From Eledone cirrhosa (lineage: Eukaryota): DNA of 64,000 bases. The notes beneath the pieces were generated by a model, which had not been told where the DNA came from, did no database searches, and saw only the letters and a list, made by a program, of their open reading frames with translations. How positions within the stretch are numbered: the first letter of the stretch is position 1; each line of letters begins with the position of its first letter. The position numbers and the translations under genes were made by a program. The stretch is taken from positions 319,114,001 to 319,178,000 of the forward strand of contig OZ024742.1 in assembly GCA_964016885.1 (NCBI GenBank), in the 5' to 3' direction. This document shows, in pieces, positions 47,841 through 61,557 of the stretch.

Positions 47841-49123
47841 CTGTTAAAACAAAGTTTTCCACAAGTTGTAAATCTATTGCAAGAACAGACAATTCCAGTG
47901 TTCAGGATTGTGGTATTAGATTTATTTTATATATAGCGTGTTTACTCTGTAAGGTGGTAGTGTTGGTGCCATTACAAAAAGCATCCAGTCCACCTTGTAA
48001 GTTGGTAGTGTTGGTGCCATGACATAAAGCAACCAGTCCACCATGTAAGGTGGTAGTGTTGGTGTCACTACAAAAAGAACTCAGTGCACCCTGAAAAATG
48101 GCTGGCATTAGGAATGGTATCCAACCATAGACACCACTCCCATTTCAGAGATACAAAGTTGTTACAGTAGTTCTGCTTGAGTATTGACCGGGTCTGTGAA
48201 AACCCATCCAATCCTTGCTGGAAGGAAAGACGCACTTTAAATGATGATGATGACAATGATGATGACTGCAAAAATAGATTTAATATCTATCTCACGATTG
48301 AAAATTTAGTAATTAGAAAATATTTAAAGTTGCAAGCAAAAAATTGAAAAGAAATCATATCCTGCAACAGATCATTTCAAATATTAAATTTTACAAAAAA
48401 GTATTTAACTACTTACAGAATAGGAGGAAATTGAAATATTGGTGCCATGACAAAAATCATCCAGTCCTCCTTAGAAGGTGGTACTGAGACTGCCGTGACA
48501 GACAAAGAGTACCAAGTCCACCCTGTAAGGTGGCAGAGTTAATATCACTACAAAAAGCACTCAGTCTACTGTGTAAGTTGGTAATGTTGGTGCCATGACA
48601 TAAAGCAACCAGTCCACCTTACAAGGTGGTGGTGGTGGTGCTACCATAACAAAAAGTACCAAATCAATCTTGTAAGGTGGTAGTGCTGATGTCACTACAA
48701 AGAACACCCAGTCTCCCCTGTAAGGTGGCTAGTGTTAGGAAGGGTATCTAACCATAGAAACCACTCCCATTGTAGAGTGTACAAAGTGGTTACAGGACCA
48801 GATTAAAGTATGATATATTGAAGGTTAAAGATCAATTGATTTTTGCTAAGCCTTGAAATGGCTATCTTCATATTATAGTATAATGAAAATAATTAAGACT
48901 TCACAATGGCAACAAATACTTTATTTCTCAAAAACACCCACAATACCCTAGCCATCAATTCTTCATATTCTGCAACACATCATTTTAAATGTTAAAATAT
49001 TTCACCATTAACAGCATAGGTGGAAGTCAAAATATTTATAGAATCATCATCATCATCTTCATTTAATGTTCATCTTCCACGTTAGCATGGGTTAGACGAT
49101 ATTAGAGATTTACAAATGGTTAC

Positions 49124-49234
49124 CTTAGCAGCTAAGATGGAACAAATAGCTACAGACATTCTGTTCATAGAAGAATCATCAAAAGAACACAAACAATCCA
49201 TAACTAATTCTGCACAGCGGAATCGATCAAAACC
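49124..49234 (-). CDS. ZYG11B: ZYG11-family exon
   Basis: cacag|GGT...AAG|gtaacc; GFDRFRCAELVMDCLCSFDDSSMNRMSVAICSILAAK. Confidence 0.94.
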
Positions 49235-50855
49235 CTGTGAAAAGATATTATAAAAAATATAAATAAATACAATAAATGTATTCCCACACATTACTAGATT
49301 AATGAGAGACAATATAAAAATATTGTTGGATTAAATGGAAACAATGAGATAAATGTATGAGTATGTTATTGTTAGGAAAGGCTGCACACCCATCAGATTC
49401 AACTTCATCTTTCAAGGTTTCATATTACCTAAATTTTGGAAAGTCTTTGCCTTTTTAGAATCAATAAGATAATACCAGCAATATACTAGGATAGAATCAA
49501 TAAACTATACTTTCTTTCCTATAAAAAATTATCCTCTAAAAAAAGGTCAATACATTATTACTATATTTTCTTTTTATAAACATCATCTAAATGTGATTGA
49601 ATTGACATAGAAATAAGAATTGTGGAACACATGCTTGCTAGTAAAAAGTTTAAAGTTCAATACTTCAATTCATACATAATTTGGTTTGGCCTTTTTATTA
49701 TTCTAGGACTGATAAAATAAGAGCTAAGCACTTCAGACTTCTCATACAATTTAAACTGGATAGAGGTTTAACCCTTTTAATACTAAACTGACCAAAACTG
49801 CTTTTGGTTCTATCAAACAAAACCTCCCATTTTAAAGGGTTCTTATTTAAATTAAAATCTTCAAACATAATATTATATGAGAACCGTATGATAAATTACT
49901 ACCTTAGTAATTAACTAATTAATAATTTTAGTAAATCCCTCAAAATTCTTCCTTTATTAATTGAAATAGAGTGTATTCTATTTGAAATATGGTCACAAAA
50001 GTGTTAATACAGGAATTTGTTGAATCAAGGTTGAAAATTGCTATGTGATCTAGTATGGCAGAAAACATTTGTCTGCTAACATGTCCCAAAACTAAAGTTT
50101 CAAGGAGTCAAAACAATCTAATCTCATTTTTCACAGAGTAGGTGATACTAAGACATTTTTCTTAATAAATCAATAAGATCCCAAACCTCATTCCCTTACC
50201 AAGAGGAGCAAATCTCATCAGATTGGACCAAGGAAACAATGTTTCCACTAGTCTTTCTATTGCTGATACTACTTCTTGTCGTGTCCACAAGAATGTCAGT
50301 TACAAAGCTTGGCTAGATGTGGTTCCGCCACAGCTGAACACATTGCCAAGTCCAAAGCTGTGCAGGGGATCTCCAGCAGGGTGCATATCAGGAGGTGCTG
50401 TGTAGTCTGTGGTTCTATGCCACAGTCACACACAATATCCCCATCCTTTAAATATACTCATTTTGCAAGATTGACTTTTGCATGCCCAACACCAGATCTT
50501 AGTCTGTTTAAGCATTTCCAAACTGCAGTTTGTATCTGCTCAAGGGGGCAGTGCCTCACTTATCTTTAGCTCCATTGTTGAAGCAATATGAAATAAAGTG
50601 TCTTGCTCAAGGATATAACACACCACCCAGCCTGGGAATCAAACTCACAATCTCACAATTGTGAATGTAGTATGCAGTAAACAAACTGAACTGAGTAGAA
50701 TAAGAACATCTTATCCTACCAGTAGTAGCATACAAGAAAACATGTAAAACTTTAAATATATTTTTTTTAAATACTTTCATCAGCAAGAAAATATGTTATA
50801 AATTTGATTATATAGCCACATTTAAAAGTGAGAACCCAAAAAACATTTCACTTAC

Positions 50856-50909
50856 CACATCTTGCAGTATTCGATCACTACAAAGAGTCAGCAAAGCATT
50901 CTTTTGTAA
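50856..50909 (-). CDS. ZYG11B: ZYG11-family exon
   Basis: tgaag|TTA CAA AAG...GTG|gtaagt; LQKNALLTLCSDRILQDV, nearly identical to human LQKNCLLSLCSDRILQDV. Confidence 0.94.
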
Positions 50910-51661
50910 CTTCAAAAGATAAACAGAAACTTTAACTTACATTTTAAAAAAAACAACAGCAGCAAACAAATATTTACAATAGACATTTATAGACAAATTA
51001 TATTTTTAATTATAAAATAAAGGCTTTGAGCAAAAGATGATACAGGGAAGTTCAAGGGAATGGAGTGAACAGATGTGTACAGAATAGTATCATCATCATC
51101 CTCATCACCATTTAACCTTTATTTGAGCTGTCATGTTATGAGGCTAGACAAGTTAGGTGATACGTCTGTCTCATATGCTCTGTTTTTTGCTTGTTATTCT
51201 ATGGCTGGATACCCTTTTTAATGCCAACTACTTTACGACATGTACTGTGAGCATTTTTCATGGCATCAGCACTACCACCTGATAGGCTGGAACAACCAAG
51301 TGGAGTAAAAATAAACAGAGAGTGTGTGCCAGAAGAATGCACGTTATGGAAAGAAGATTTGGGAGATGACAAGAAAGAATAAAAGAGAAAGAGCTAGATA
51401 CCTAGATTGGGTCAAGGTGGACTAAGTATTGGTAAACATAAAGCATAGTACTTATATTGCAGATTTTGGTGGATGAGACATAAAATGAAGGGAGTGAAGG
51501 ATGAGAATCAGGTGAAATAAATGGATTTAAATCGAAATGGTATACAATCAACAGGTTTAGTGGATCAGAGACCATTGCAGTAGTAATACAAGAGACAGAT
51601 TAGGAGGACAGCTCAATAGTAAGTGTCATAGAATATTGATAGGTGCAGGTTTGTGCGAGAA

Positions 51662-52146
51662 TGACGTCATGATGGTGATGATAGCAATAGTGATGGTGAG
51701 GATGATGATGGTGGTAATGGTGATAGTGATAGTGATGATGATGGACGTGGTGGTGATGGTGATAGTGATGATAGTGGAGTTGGTGATGATGAGGGTAAAA
51801 TTATGATGGAGATGATGGCAATAGTGATGGTGAGGATGATGATGATGGTGGCAATGGTGATAGTGATGATGATGGAGGTGGTGGTGATGGTGATAGTGGT
51901 GATGGTGAGGGTGAAATTGTGATAGTGATGGCAACGGTGGTGATGGTGATGGTAATGATGGTATTAGTGGTAATGGTGATAGTGGTAATGGTGATGGTGA
52001 CAATGGTGATGGTAAGGCTGTGGTGATGATAATGGTGGTGACAATAGTGATGATGATGGTGGTGGCAATGGTGATGGTAAGGGTAATGGTGTGGTGATGG
52101 TATTGATAATGACAGCATGAAGTAAATAATAATGATGATGATGGTG
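51662..52146. repeat. Cryptic (GAT/GGT)n trinucleotide tract
   Basis: Visible directly; lies just inside the intron after the 52195 donor. Confidence 0.9.
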
Positions 52147-52194
52147 AAGTTACATCGTATAAACATACAACAATTAAAGTTACATTGTGAGTAC

Positions 52195-52371
52195 CTGCTG
52201 GTGTTTTGGGAAGTTTTCCATAGATAGTAGAGTCAATTCAACTACTTTGCGCAGACAAGTGGGGTGTATCTTTTGGCTGACTTCACCTTTAGTGAGATTG
52301 TACAAACAAGCTGTTGCAGCCATTTGAACCCCCAGCTGCTTTGGGTGACATTTCATGCCAGGCAACACATG
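52195..52371 (-). CDS. ZYG11B: ZYG11-family exon (ARM repeats)
   Basis: tttcag|CAT...CAG|gtactc; HVLPGMKCHPKQLGVQMAATACLYNLTKGEVSQKIHPTCLRKVVELTLLSMENFPKHQQ vs human GMRNHP...VQLAASACVFNLTK...MEHFPNHQQ. Confidence 0.94.
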
Positions 52372-53265
52372 CTGAAAAAAAAAATTATATTAAATCAACT
52401 TGAAATATTTTTCTTCTTCACTCACTTATTCCTGGGAAAATCAAGTACACCTTCCAGTGGGTCCTGTCGGAAGCAACTATTTCCAATTGATCCCCAAGCA
52501 AGACTAGCCAAACTCATGGATGTTGTCTAAGCATCTAACTCAGGGTCTACCTCTGCTCTCCTGCTATTTGGTTTTGCCAGTAAAATCTGTTCAACAATTC
52601 TTTCCTGAGACATTCTAAACACATGTCTGTAATATCAAAGCTGTGATTTCTCAATTTGGAGAAGTAGCATCTTTATCTGGAGCAACTCTCTTATCTCCAA
52701 GTTATATAGTCTATCGAGTAACATTACTCCAAAGACCCTTCGGAGGAACTCAATTTCGGCTGCTTGGAAAGAAAAAAATGTCAAAGAAACAGTGCAGAGA
52801 AAATGACTTTTCAAATTGGAATAGGACCAAAATTCTGGGTTCAAACCAGATTATAATTACTGTGTTGTGATATACAACATTAATTCACCTGGTTCAAAAT
52901 AGGCATTAACATTTCATGGACTAAATATGGTTAGCAATAAGGATTAAATATAGAATCCTCTGCCCATAGCTACCTGGAAGTTTCAGACAACTTTGAATTT
53001 CTTAAACAAACTACTTTCTTTTAGAGTTCAACCCTTTCGCTACCATATTTCTAGTGAAAGACTGCTATGGTTTTCAAATAATTTTGAAAATAATCCAGGA
53101 TTTAGTTACATAACTAACTTTGTCATTCTTACATTAAATTATAATGGAAGGTTTTTAGATAAATATAAAAATCCGTCTAACCCATGCTAGCGTGGAAAAT
53201 GGACGTTAAACAAAGATGATGATGATGATGATAAACTTTAAAACAAACAGTTTAGTATATATATG

Positions 53266-53410
53266 GAGGCACATCGCTTAGTGGTTAGAGCATTGGTCTT
53301 GCAATTGAAAAGTTGTGAGTTCAATTCTCAGACTAAGTGATGTGCTGTTTCCTTGAGCAAGACACTTTATTTCACATTGCTCCAGTTTACTCAGCTGTAG
53401 AAATGAGATG
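53266..53410 (+). mobile_element. tRNA-head SINE with CORE-like CCTTGAGCAAGACACTT motif (relatives at ~7770-8220, 34500-34580 and 50580-50670)
   Basis: A-box ...CTTAGTGGTTAG and B-box GAGTTCAATTC. Confidence 0.7.
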
Positions 53411-53970
53411 ATAGGACTGGGGTCCATATCATTCCACTGCAAAGTGGTCGTGGAGGTGCCACGGCAAAAAAGCACCCAGCCCACACTGTAAAGTGGACGT
53501 GTAGGCGCCACGGAAAAAAAGCACCCAGCACTCACTGTAAATGAGGTTGGTGTTAGGAAGGGCATCCAGCTGTAGAAATCAAGCCAGATACAGTTCCCGT
53601 CCAATCCTTGCAAGCAGGGAAAAGTGTACGTAAAATGATGATGATGATTATATATATATATATATACATATCAAAGATTATATATATATATACATATATA
53701 TAACAAAGATACCAGGTGGACCATAATGCACCAGAGTACTCGATACTTAGGGCAGTAGAGTGGGTAATCTGAAAAGAGTCAGGACCCTGACGTCTAGATT
53801 CGAACTAAGCCAGCAGTATTAGAACAGTGTGAATCTAGCTGAACTTATCAAGGGGTATAGTCCATATATGAACATAAAGTCAAAACAAAAAAGGCAGAAA
53901 TATCAAAGCAAACAATCCTAAAAATTTGTTTTTCTAGTCTGACATGGGGAGTGGTCAATGATCTGCGATG

Positions 53971-54012
<42 letters not shown>

Positions 54013-54210
54013 TCATCATCATCATCATCGTTTAACGTCCATATTCCACGCTTGCATGGGTTTGGAATATATATATATATATATATACTAAACTGTTTGT
54101 TTTAAAGTTTATATATATCTAAAAGCCTTGAGTGTGAAGTTAATAACACTATGTATCATTGACTCCTGCATTTGTTTGTTTGTTATTTTGAACTATATAT
54201 ATATATATAT

Positions 54211-54408
54211 ATAAGTATAAATTATGAAGTAATCAAGTGCAGAGATACTATAAAATAACTTATAAAATGGGGTGAAGACTCTTAAAAGAGGAAAAAATAA
54301 GTTGCTATCAGCCGCAACTTATTTTTCTATCTTTTAAGGGTCTTCATCCTATTTTATAAACTATTTTATAGCATCTTTGCGCTTGAGCAGATCATCCTTT
54401 ATACTTAT
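54211..54408. mobile_element. ~200-bp palindromic MITE between (TA)n tracts
   Basis: Arms ataagtataaa...gaagactcttaaaaga...aaaaataagttgc / gcaacttattttt...tcttttaagggtcttc...tttatacttat. Confidence 0.8.
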
Positions 54409-55898
54409 GTATATATATATTCTCAGTGCTTAAAAACTGGCTTTGTACAAACAATTTAATATTGTAGAACCAGGGGTGGTTTCATGTGGTTTGGTATCAA
54501 AAATGTTTAGAACCTAAGTTAATAAACCTTACAGTAAAATCACAAAATATAAATCGAAATATATTTTTTGTTTTGATTTACAGCTAAAAAAAAAAATACA
54601 GTTACGATACTCAATAGGGAACATAGCTCGGAGATCAGGGGTGTCACTCCAGGTAGACTTACTACATCTTCATATCGAGAAATCGCAGCTCTGATACTAC
54701 AGACATGTGGTTAGAATATTTAAGGAAAGAATCTCTGGACAGATTTTATGGGAAACGCCAACTAGCACGAGACCCAAAGATAGACTATGAGAAAGATGGT
54801 TGGATAATATCTGTAAGCTCAGTTGGTCCCACTTGGAGTTCCAATCAGATCATTTTTTGAGATAGTTGCTTATAATAGGACCCTCTGGAAGATGTGTCTG
54901 AGGACTCTGCCCCCACAACTTTCTTAGGAATAAGTGGCTAAAAAAGAAAAGATTTACAGCTAAGGAGCTAAAGGAAACATAATACTACTGACAATGAAGA
55001 AGGGAATAAATGCAATACAACTACTACTATAGCAATATCTTAATTTATTTACCTTGTGATTGATAATCAGGCACCTTAAATCACACAGATACTGTGTTTA
55101 TATAGATTAAAATGATAAAGCACACAATAACTACTTTTTACACAGATTTAAAAAAATAATTTCTTGATTTTTTTTCTTTAATGGGATGGGTTTTGTAAAC
55201 TTTCTTCTGAAAGAATATACAGAATACATGTTTATTCATAAATCCAAGATTAGAGATTGCACACGAAAATATGTGAAAAAAAATAGAGTAACTGTTCATT
55301 GAAAGAATAAATTGTATTCATAAGAATGACTGGCCTGAAAACCATAGAGAGAAAAGAAAAAGACAGAAAGAGCAGGAGAGCATATAGAAAGAAATTAACT
55401 ATTGAAAGACTAACAAAAACTCTTTGACTTGAATACCATTAAAGTAACTTTTAAAAACCACTAGAAAGCTATAAGGTTTAGAGAAAAGGAAATACTAAAG
55501 AAAAAGAAGCAAAAAATGATTTAAAATATTGTATAAAAGATGTCCCAGTCAGCAAATAGTGGCTAGATTATTTCTTTGTGAGAATTTATTATTATTTTTA
55601 CTTTTTGAGCATTGTTTACGGTTCTATATAGATTTATATGTTCATACAGTTATAGAAGCTTTCACAACCACACAACCATGTATGCATATATGACACTCTC
55701 ACCACACACACAGCTGACACAATTTTGTATGCAAAAGTGCATGGGCACTCAGAGGCAAGCATATAAAAAGGAGAAAGAGAGAGAAAAAAGGCAAACAGTG
55801 CAGAAGTTGCTGAAGACAGTGATGCAACATACCACATCTTAAGGGACCTAATGGATCAAAATATACATGAGAGAAAACAAAACAGAAGATCAACTTAC

Positions 55899-56039
55899 CT
55901 TAATGATGTCTTGTCGAGGCTTCTCTAAATTCTGTGTGAAGCTAAACAATGTATAAAGTGATCTCTGGATGTATTTTTCTCGTAATATATATCGTCGAAG
56001 TGATTCCAATATCTGCATTTCATTGGCTTCACCCGTTAT
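55899..56039 (-). CDS. ZYG11B: ZYG11-family exon
   Basis: ttcaag|ATA...AAG|gtaagt; ITGEANEMQILESLRRYILREKYIQRSLYTLFSFTQNLEKPRQDIIK vs human VSGEANETQIAEALKRY. Confidence 0.92.
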
Positions 56040-56146
56040 CTTGAAAAGAAGTTTATATATTTTAAAATCTTCACTATCATCATTATTTAAAGAAATTGGA
56101 GAGAAGGTATCATTGTGTGACATGGACAAATTTTGTTTTTCATTAA

Positions 56147-56344
56147 CACTTTAGTATTTAAACTGGCCAAAATTCTCTCACCTCTTTCTGATCAATTCAG
56201 CTGTAACCAGGCACTCATACTGATGTTAAGGTATTGTTCTCAACATAAATAATATCAAAATCTCATAGATTTAATATTATGTGAGGTAAAGCCGTAACCA
56301 TGAAAATATGATAGTAAATATAGAGTAATGTAAATGCTAAAGTG
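56147..56344. mobile_element. piggyBac MITE family 1
   Basis: TTAA flanks and family consensus internal sequence. Confidence 0.85.
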
Positions 56345-56351
56345 TTAAACA

Positions 56352-56730
56352 CAGAGTGTATCAAAAAGAATCATCTGGTTTCAAAACGCTATATTTTTTA
56401 AACAAATGACCATATAATCATGCAGTAACATGTACAATACATGTCTGTATATAAAGTTTTATTCTTTTTTATATAACTTTTATACATTTTCATAAAGTTA
56501 TTTATGAGTTTTACATGCCTTTCAGTGGCTGCAGTAACTTAAGACATACTCACTTGAGTATGGGATGAGTTTGACTATTGTGTAGATGTATGCCTTGTGT
56601 CTGGATGAGGGCATATTTGGCATTTGTAAAAATTGTAAATAAAACTTTATATTCAGACATGTATTGTACAAGTTACCGCATAATCATATGTTCATTCATG
56701 AAACCAGATGATTCTTTTTTACACACTCGG
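56352..56730. mobile_element. Tc1/mariner-type MITE with ~110-bp TIRs
   Basis: CAGAGTGTATCAAAAAGAATCATCTGGTTTC...GAAACCAGATGATTCTTTTTACACACTCGG-TA, with further inverted arm tgtacaatacatgtctg/cagacatgtattgtaca. Confidence 0.8.
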
Positions 56731-57985
56731 TATATCTAAAATTGCATAAAAAAGATAAGTAATCATCATCATCGTTAACGTCCATTTTCCATGCTATCAT
56801 GGGTTAGACCAGTTGTCCCATTAGGGACAAGTTGGGTCAGGTGAACATGTCTTGCTCATATAGAACTGTTTCTGGATAGGTTTCTATTGCTGGATGCCCT
56901 TCCTAATGTCAACCACATTTACAATGATGTTAGTAAATGGTCTAAGGCAGCAAAGGAAAGTGAAATCAATAACATTTGTTAAATAAAATAAGTTCATGTG
57001 CCAATATAAGAAATAAGTTCCAAAATCTAAGTCAAACAAGATTCATCTGAGAATTATTAAATCTCTACAAAGTAAAAATAGCTCCCTCCTTCCCATTTGC
57101 AAAACAATTCTTAATGAATGGAAATTTGCCTCTTAGCTGGAGATGGAAAACAAAAGCCTTTGTTAACAGCATTTTTAAAAAAAGGAGAAATAATTTTAAG
57201 AAAGTAAGAATTAATTTCACAGAAAATTAACTGAATTTTTATGTTTATTGAGGAAAAATCAGATTTCTTTAGCAAGCACGGTGACAGCTATAATCATGTT
57301 TCAGTCTTATTACACCTCATCAGCAAAACAGTCTTTTCAAGTCTGTTTTCATATCAATAGATAAAATTTATACAAGTAGAAAAAGAGTTATGAGGATTTT
57401 TGCTCAGTATAATTTGCATAATTACAAAACATTAGTTATGGGAAATAACCCAAGTGTGCCAATGGCATGAATTTAGATTATTCAGGTAGGTAATGATGTA
57501 CACAAAAAATTCTTAATGAATGGAAATTTTCCTCTTAGTTGGAGAACAAAAACATTGTAGAAATTGTTAGTGCTTTTTAAAGAAAAGGTGAAATAATTTC
57601 AAGAAATTAAGAATTAATTTGAAAAGAAATTGAATTTCCATGCCTAGAGGGGAAAATTTGATCTTTGTTAGAAGTTTCTTCTTCCTAAGAAATACATCAA
57701 ATTGGGACTCACATTAAACCTAGATGTTCCTTCCATCAAACTATTTTCTATTTTTCTCTTGAAAGTCAAAGATGACTTTATTTTTTTTACTTGAGCATGA
57801 TGAGTTTAATGTATAGTAGACAGTTGCACATCTATTGCACTCAACCCATGATCAGAAACAGAGAAAAGTTTAACAAAAGCAATTAGTAACTTGGCTGAGT
57901 CTCAATGGTGAAGCACATTCTTATAGGCTTTTTCTGATCTAAGCAAAGCTTAACAAAAATAATTAGTCCCTTGTCTAAGCTTCAA

Positions 57986-58405
57986 TCATCATCATCATCA
58001 TCACCGTTTTACGTCCATTCTTCCATGCTAGCATGGGTTAAATGAGTTGTCCTGTTGTGGGCAATGCAAGGTCAGGTAACTATGTCTTGCTCATACAGAA
58101 CTGGTTTTGGCTTGGTTTCTACAGCTGGATGCCCTTCCTAACACCAACCTCATTTACAGTAAGTACTGGGTACTTTTTACCGTGGCGCCTACACAACCAC
58201 TTTACAACGTGGACTGAGTGCTTTTTGTCGTGACACCTACACAACCACTTTACAGTTGGAAGAGGGTGGGGGCATACTGTCTATATGCTTCAGCTTCAGT
58301 TTGTACCCATGGGAAGTCGGGTCTTCTGTATTACTGCATAATGCCAAAGGTCTCGGTCCTGTGTCATTGCCCTTGAGAGGTGCAATTGGGCAAGATCAGC
58401 TTTTA
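57986..58405 (-). mobile_element. 5'-truncated RTE 3' end
   Basis: Matches 10312-10720 in the same orientation. Confidence 0.85.
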
Positions 58406-60689
58406 CTGAAGCATATACCCAACTGGTTTCTCAAAATTAATAAAAGCTCAGAAATGTTGGAAGGACTCTTCTAATATGTGTCAAAGGGTTAAGAGGACCA
58501 TTCAGTTGTGCCATCGTACGGCAACCTCCTTAATGTTGGTGATCTACACAATAAATGCACCTAGTACACACTGTAAAGTGGTTGGTGATAGGAAGAGCCA
58601 TCCAGCTGTAGAAAACTTACCAAACAAAGCGTTAGGAGGACCTTTCAGTTGTGTCAAAGACATGACAACCTCTCTAGTACTGGTGTCACAATAAAATGCA
58701 TTTGGTAGAATATGGAACCGCATGTAAGTGAGATGCTGATCCTTGACCTGTCTAGGGGGTCAGTAGCCACGCTTCAGTACTGACTAGGTCTGCAAAGACC
58801 CATCCAACACTTGCTAGCAGGGAAAGTGGACGTTAAATGATGATGATGATAAACTCAGTGTCGTAAGTTAATTAAACATTTGTTAATCATACAACAGTCA
58901 CTAATTATACAGTACTTCCACTACCTACAGCAGAAAGCTATAACCTAGTTATTATATAGTACTTCCATTATATAGAACAAGGTGACAAATTGTTAGAGCA
59001 GCAGATTAAATACATAGTAATATTTTTCCAAGTTCAAATCTTGCTGAAGTCAATTTTGCCTTTCATCCGTTCAGGATCAATAAATGAAATACCAATGAGG
59101 GTGATGGATTAACAATGTTGATAGATTGGTAACATTATTAGAGAGTTAGATGAGATTTGTTCCAGCTCTGTACATTATGAGTTTGAATTCTACCTCCAGT
59201 CACCAGGAAAATGATGACATGATAGGACTGGAGCCCCTCACATTAAAACATTCAAGAAACCCTCTATAGGAGAGCAAATAAACCTACACAGATATGAGCT
59301 AAAACAACAACATTAAGAGCCCATAACTCCTGCCGGAGTCGTAGGAGTGTCGTCTTGACATATGGCATGTTTTGGCCATTTTAAACCTGGCAGAGCCCAT
59401 CTCTCTCCAGGTCGAAACTCAGTTTCCTCATAATATTGAAAGATGAGGAGAGCAGGAGAGATGGAGGCAGTAACAGTGGGAGTTTGGTTCCTTTGTGTTC
59501 AACCTGGTGCATATGTATATGTTTCACGGACACATACTCAGACAATAATTATCACACACTTACTTTAGTAGTTTATGAAATGCATTAGTAAATATTAAAG
59601 CAATTAACTTTTCTCTCTCTCTCTGTCTGTCTGTCTGTCTGTGTCTGTGTGTGTGTGTGTGTGTGTGTGGTTCTACAATACAAATCATTATGTTAATTTC
59701 TTCCAGAGAAAAAGAGAGACAGTGATAAAGAGAGAGAAAGAGAAAAATTAACCCCAGTATTGGACTAATACTTTATCTATTAACCTTGATGGGATTTGAA
59801 CTCAGAATACAATGAGCTAGAACAAATGATGAAGCATTTTTTTAACCCAATGCTTTAACAACTCCACCAATTTGCCACCTTAATAGCAACATTATACACA
59901 ACAAAAAGCTAGAACCCACAGCCAGAACCTATTTGGAACAAAGCATCTGAACCATTTGAGTCTTAAATGCCATGACCATAAACATAGTGCAATGTCAATG
60001 ATAAGATATAAACCAATGATTCTTCAGCTTAGTAAACAGGTCTTTACTGTCAATGTTTAGATATAAACCAGTGATTCTTCAGCTTAGTAAACAGGTATTT
60101 ACTGTTTTCAGCCCTATTGCAGTATTTTGGTAGTTTTATTCATACCAGTTGCCAACTTGGTACTTTTCTCAGACCTGTGAAGACTAAGTTTTTTAAGAGG
60201 TGGCCTTTACTCCCTTCATCATAGCTACATCACTGGGTTATGAGAGTTTTCTTGGGAGCTACAAACATCATCCACTGCTCCATCTTCCCTACTAGTTTAC
60301 TGTTGTTGGTCCAGGGTTGCTTATTTGTCCAGCAGAAACCCGCTTATATCACAACTAACCATCATATCTGGTGGCCGTATTGCTATCCACCACCTGCCAC
60401 CTATTCCCTAGCAGAATAGTAAATAGGTAGCATGATGAAATACTATGATGATATTGACTGTAGTAAATAACTGAAGTATTTGTAGAATTGAATATTATTT
60501 TCATGAGTTTGAAGTATTCTGATCAAATCCTTCCATAGGTAAAAGAAAGGTATGGGAAGTCATCAAGTGTATCATTCTCAGAATATGAATACCCAAGTAG
60601 ACTAACAGGAAGGGAAGATTTTGTTTGTAGATGCACAGGAGTAACTGAAGAGAAGATAGCCAGTGATGCACTTCCAGTCATAGGAAGGA

Positions 60690-61307
60690 CCCATACACGT
60701 GGTTGATAGCTTCTGCTATCCAGGCAATGTAACTACAAGGGTAAAGGGTGCTCTGAGAGCATAATAGCTAGAATAAGGATAGAATGGAAAAGGTTCAGAG
60801 AGCTACTCCTACTATTGACTACAAAAGGTTTCTCACTACATATAAAAGGATGGCTGTGTGAAAAGTGCGATGCTGCATGATAGTGAAACATAGACTGTAG
60901 AGGACTTGCGTAGGCTAGAGAGAAATGAAGCAACTACGCTCCGTTGGATGTGCAATGTAAGCGTGAGAGAGAGGCAGAGCTTGGATGAGTTAAGGGAGAA
61001 GGTAGGTTTAAGAGGAATCCAAGGTGGTATGCAAGAGAGAAGACAGAAGACAGCGTTGGTTTGGACAGGTGATGTGTATGGACAATGATTGTTGGGTGCA
61101 GAAGTGCCAGGAAATGCCAGTGGGAAGAAGCCACAGTGGAGGTAGACCAACAAAGGCCTGGGCGGAGGTTGTGAGAGCTGACCTCAAATCACAGAGACTC
61201 ACAGAAACAATGGCAAATGTGGTGAGATGCCGTGCTGAGAAGGACCCGTCCAACCCATGCAAGCATGGAAAAGCGGACGTAAAAACGATGATCATGATGA
61301 TGATGAT
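60690..61307 (+). mobile_element. Older RTE subfamily 3' fragment
   Basis: VDSFCY, WKRFRELL, RRLERNEATTLRWMCNV and GRPTKAWAEVV motifs; short tail. Confidence 0.85.
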
Positions 61308-61557
61308 TAGAAAAAACAAGCTTTTACATGATGAGATAAATATTTATGAGACTGACAGAAAACTATAAATGTGTAGTTCATGCTTGATTATCTGAGTGCT
61401 TTGGTGCACCACAAGATGTAAGTAGGTGCTTTCTACAATTTCTGTCACAACACTACCTAAATATAACAAAGATTTCTAACATGGGTGCATGATTTAGTGG
61501 GAGGCACTTTATTGGTTCTACAATGGTAAAGTGGTGGTGCTGGAGTCATGATAAAAT

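Noticed and set aside
51626-52166. His-rich and Ser/Pro-rich ORFs
   Set aside because: Translations of a cryptic (GAT/GGT)n tract inside a ZYG11 intron.
53266-53340. tRNA gene
   Set aside because: A and B boxes are present, but the cloverleaf is degenerate and continues into a SINE body.
40004-56042. Minor (U12) introns suggested by weak sites (GTTAAT and GTACTC donors; AAG acceptors)
   Set aside because: No RTATCCTT donor or TCCTTAAC branch point; these are ordinary weak U2 sites.
57285-57330. Hammerhead core CTGATGAG...GAAAC on the minus strand
   Set aside because: Stems I and III cannot be closed around an NUH site.
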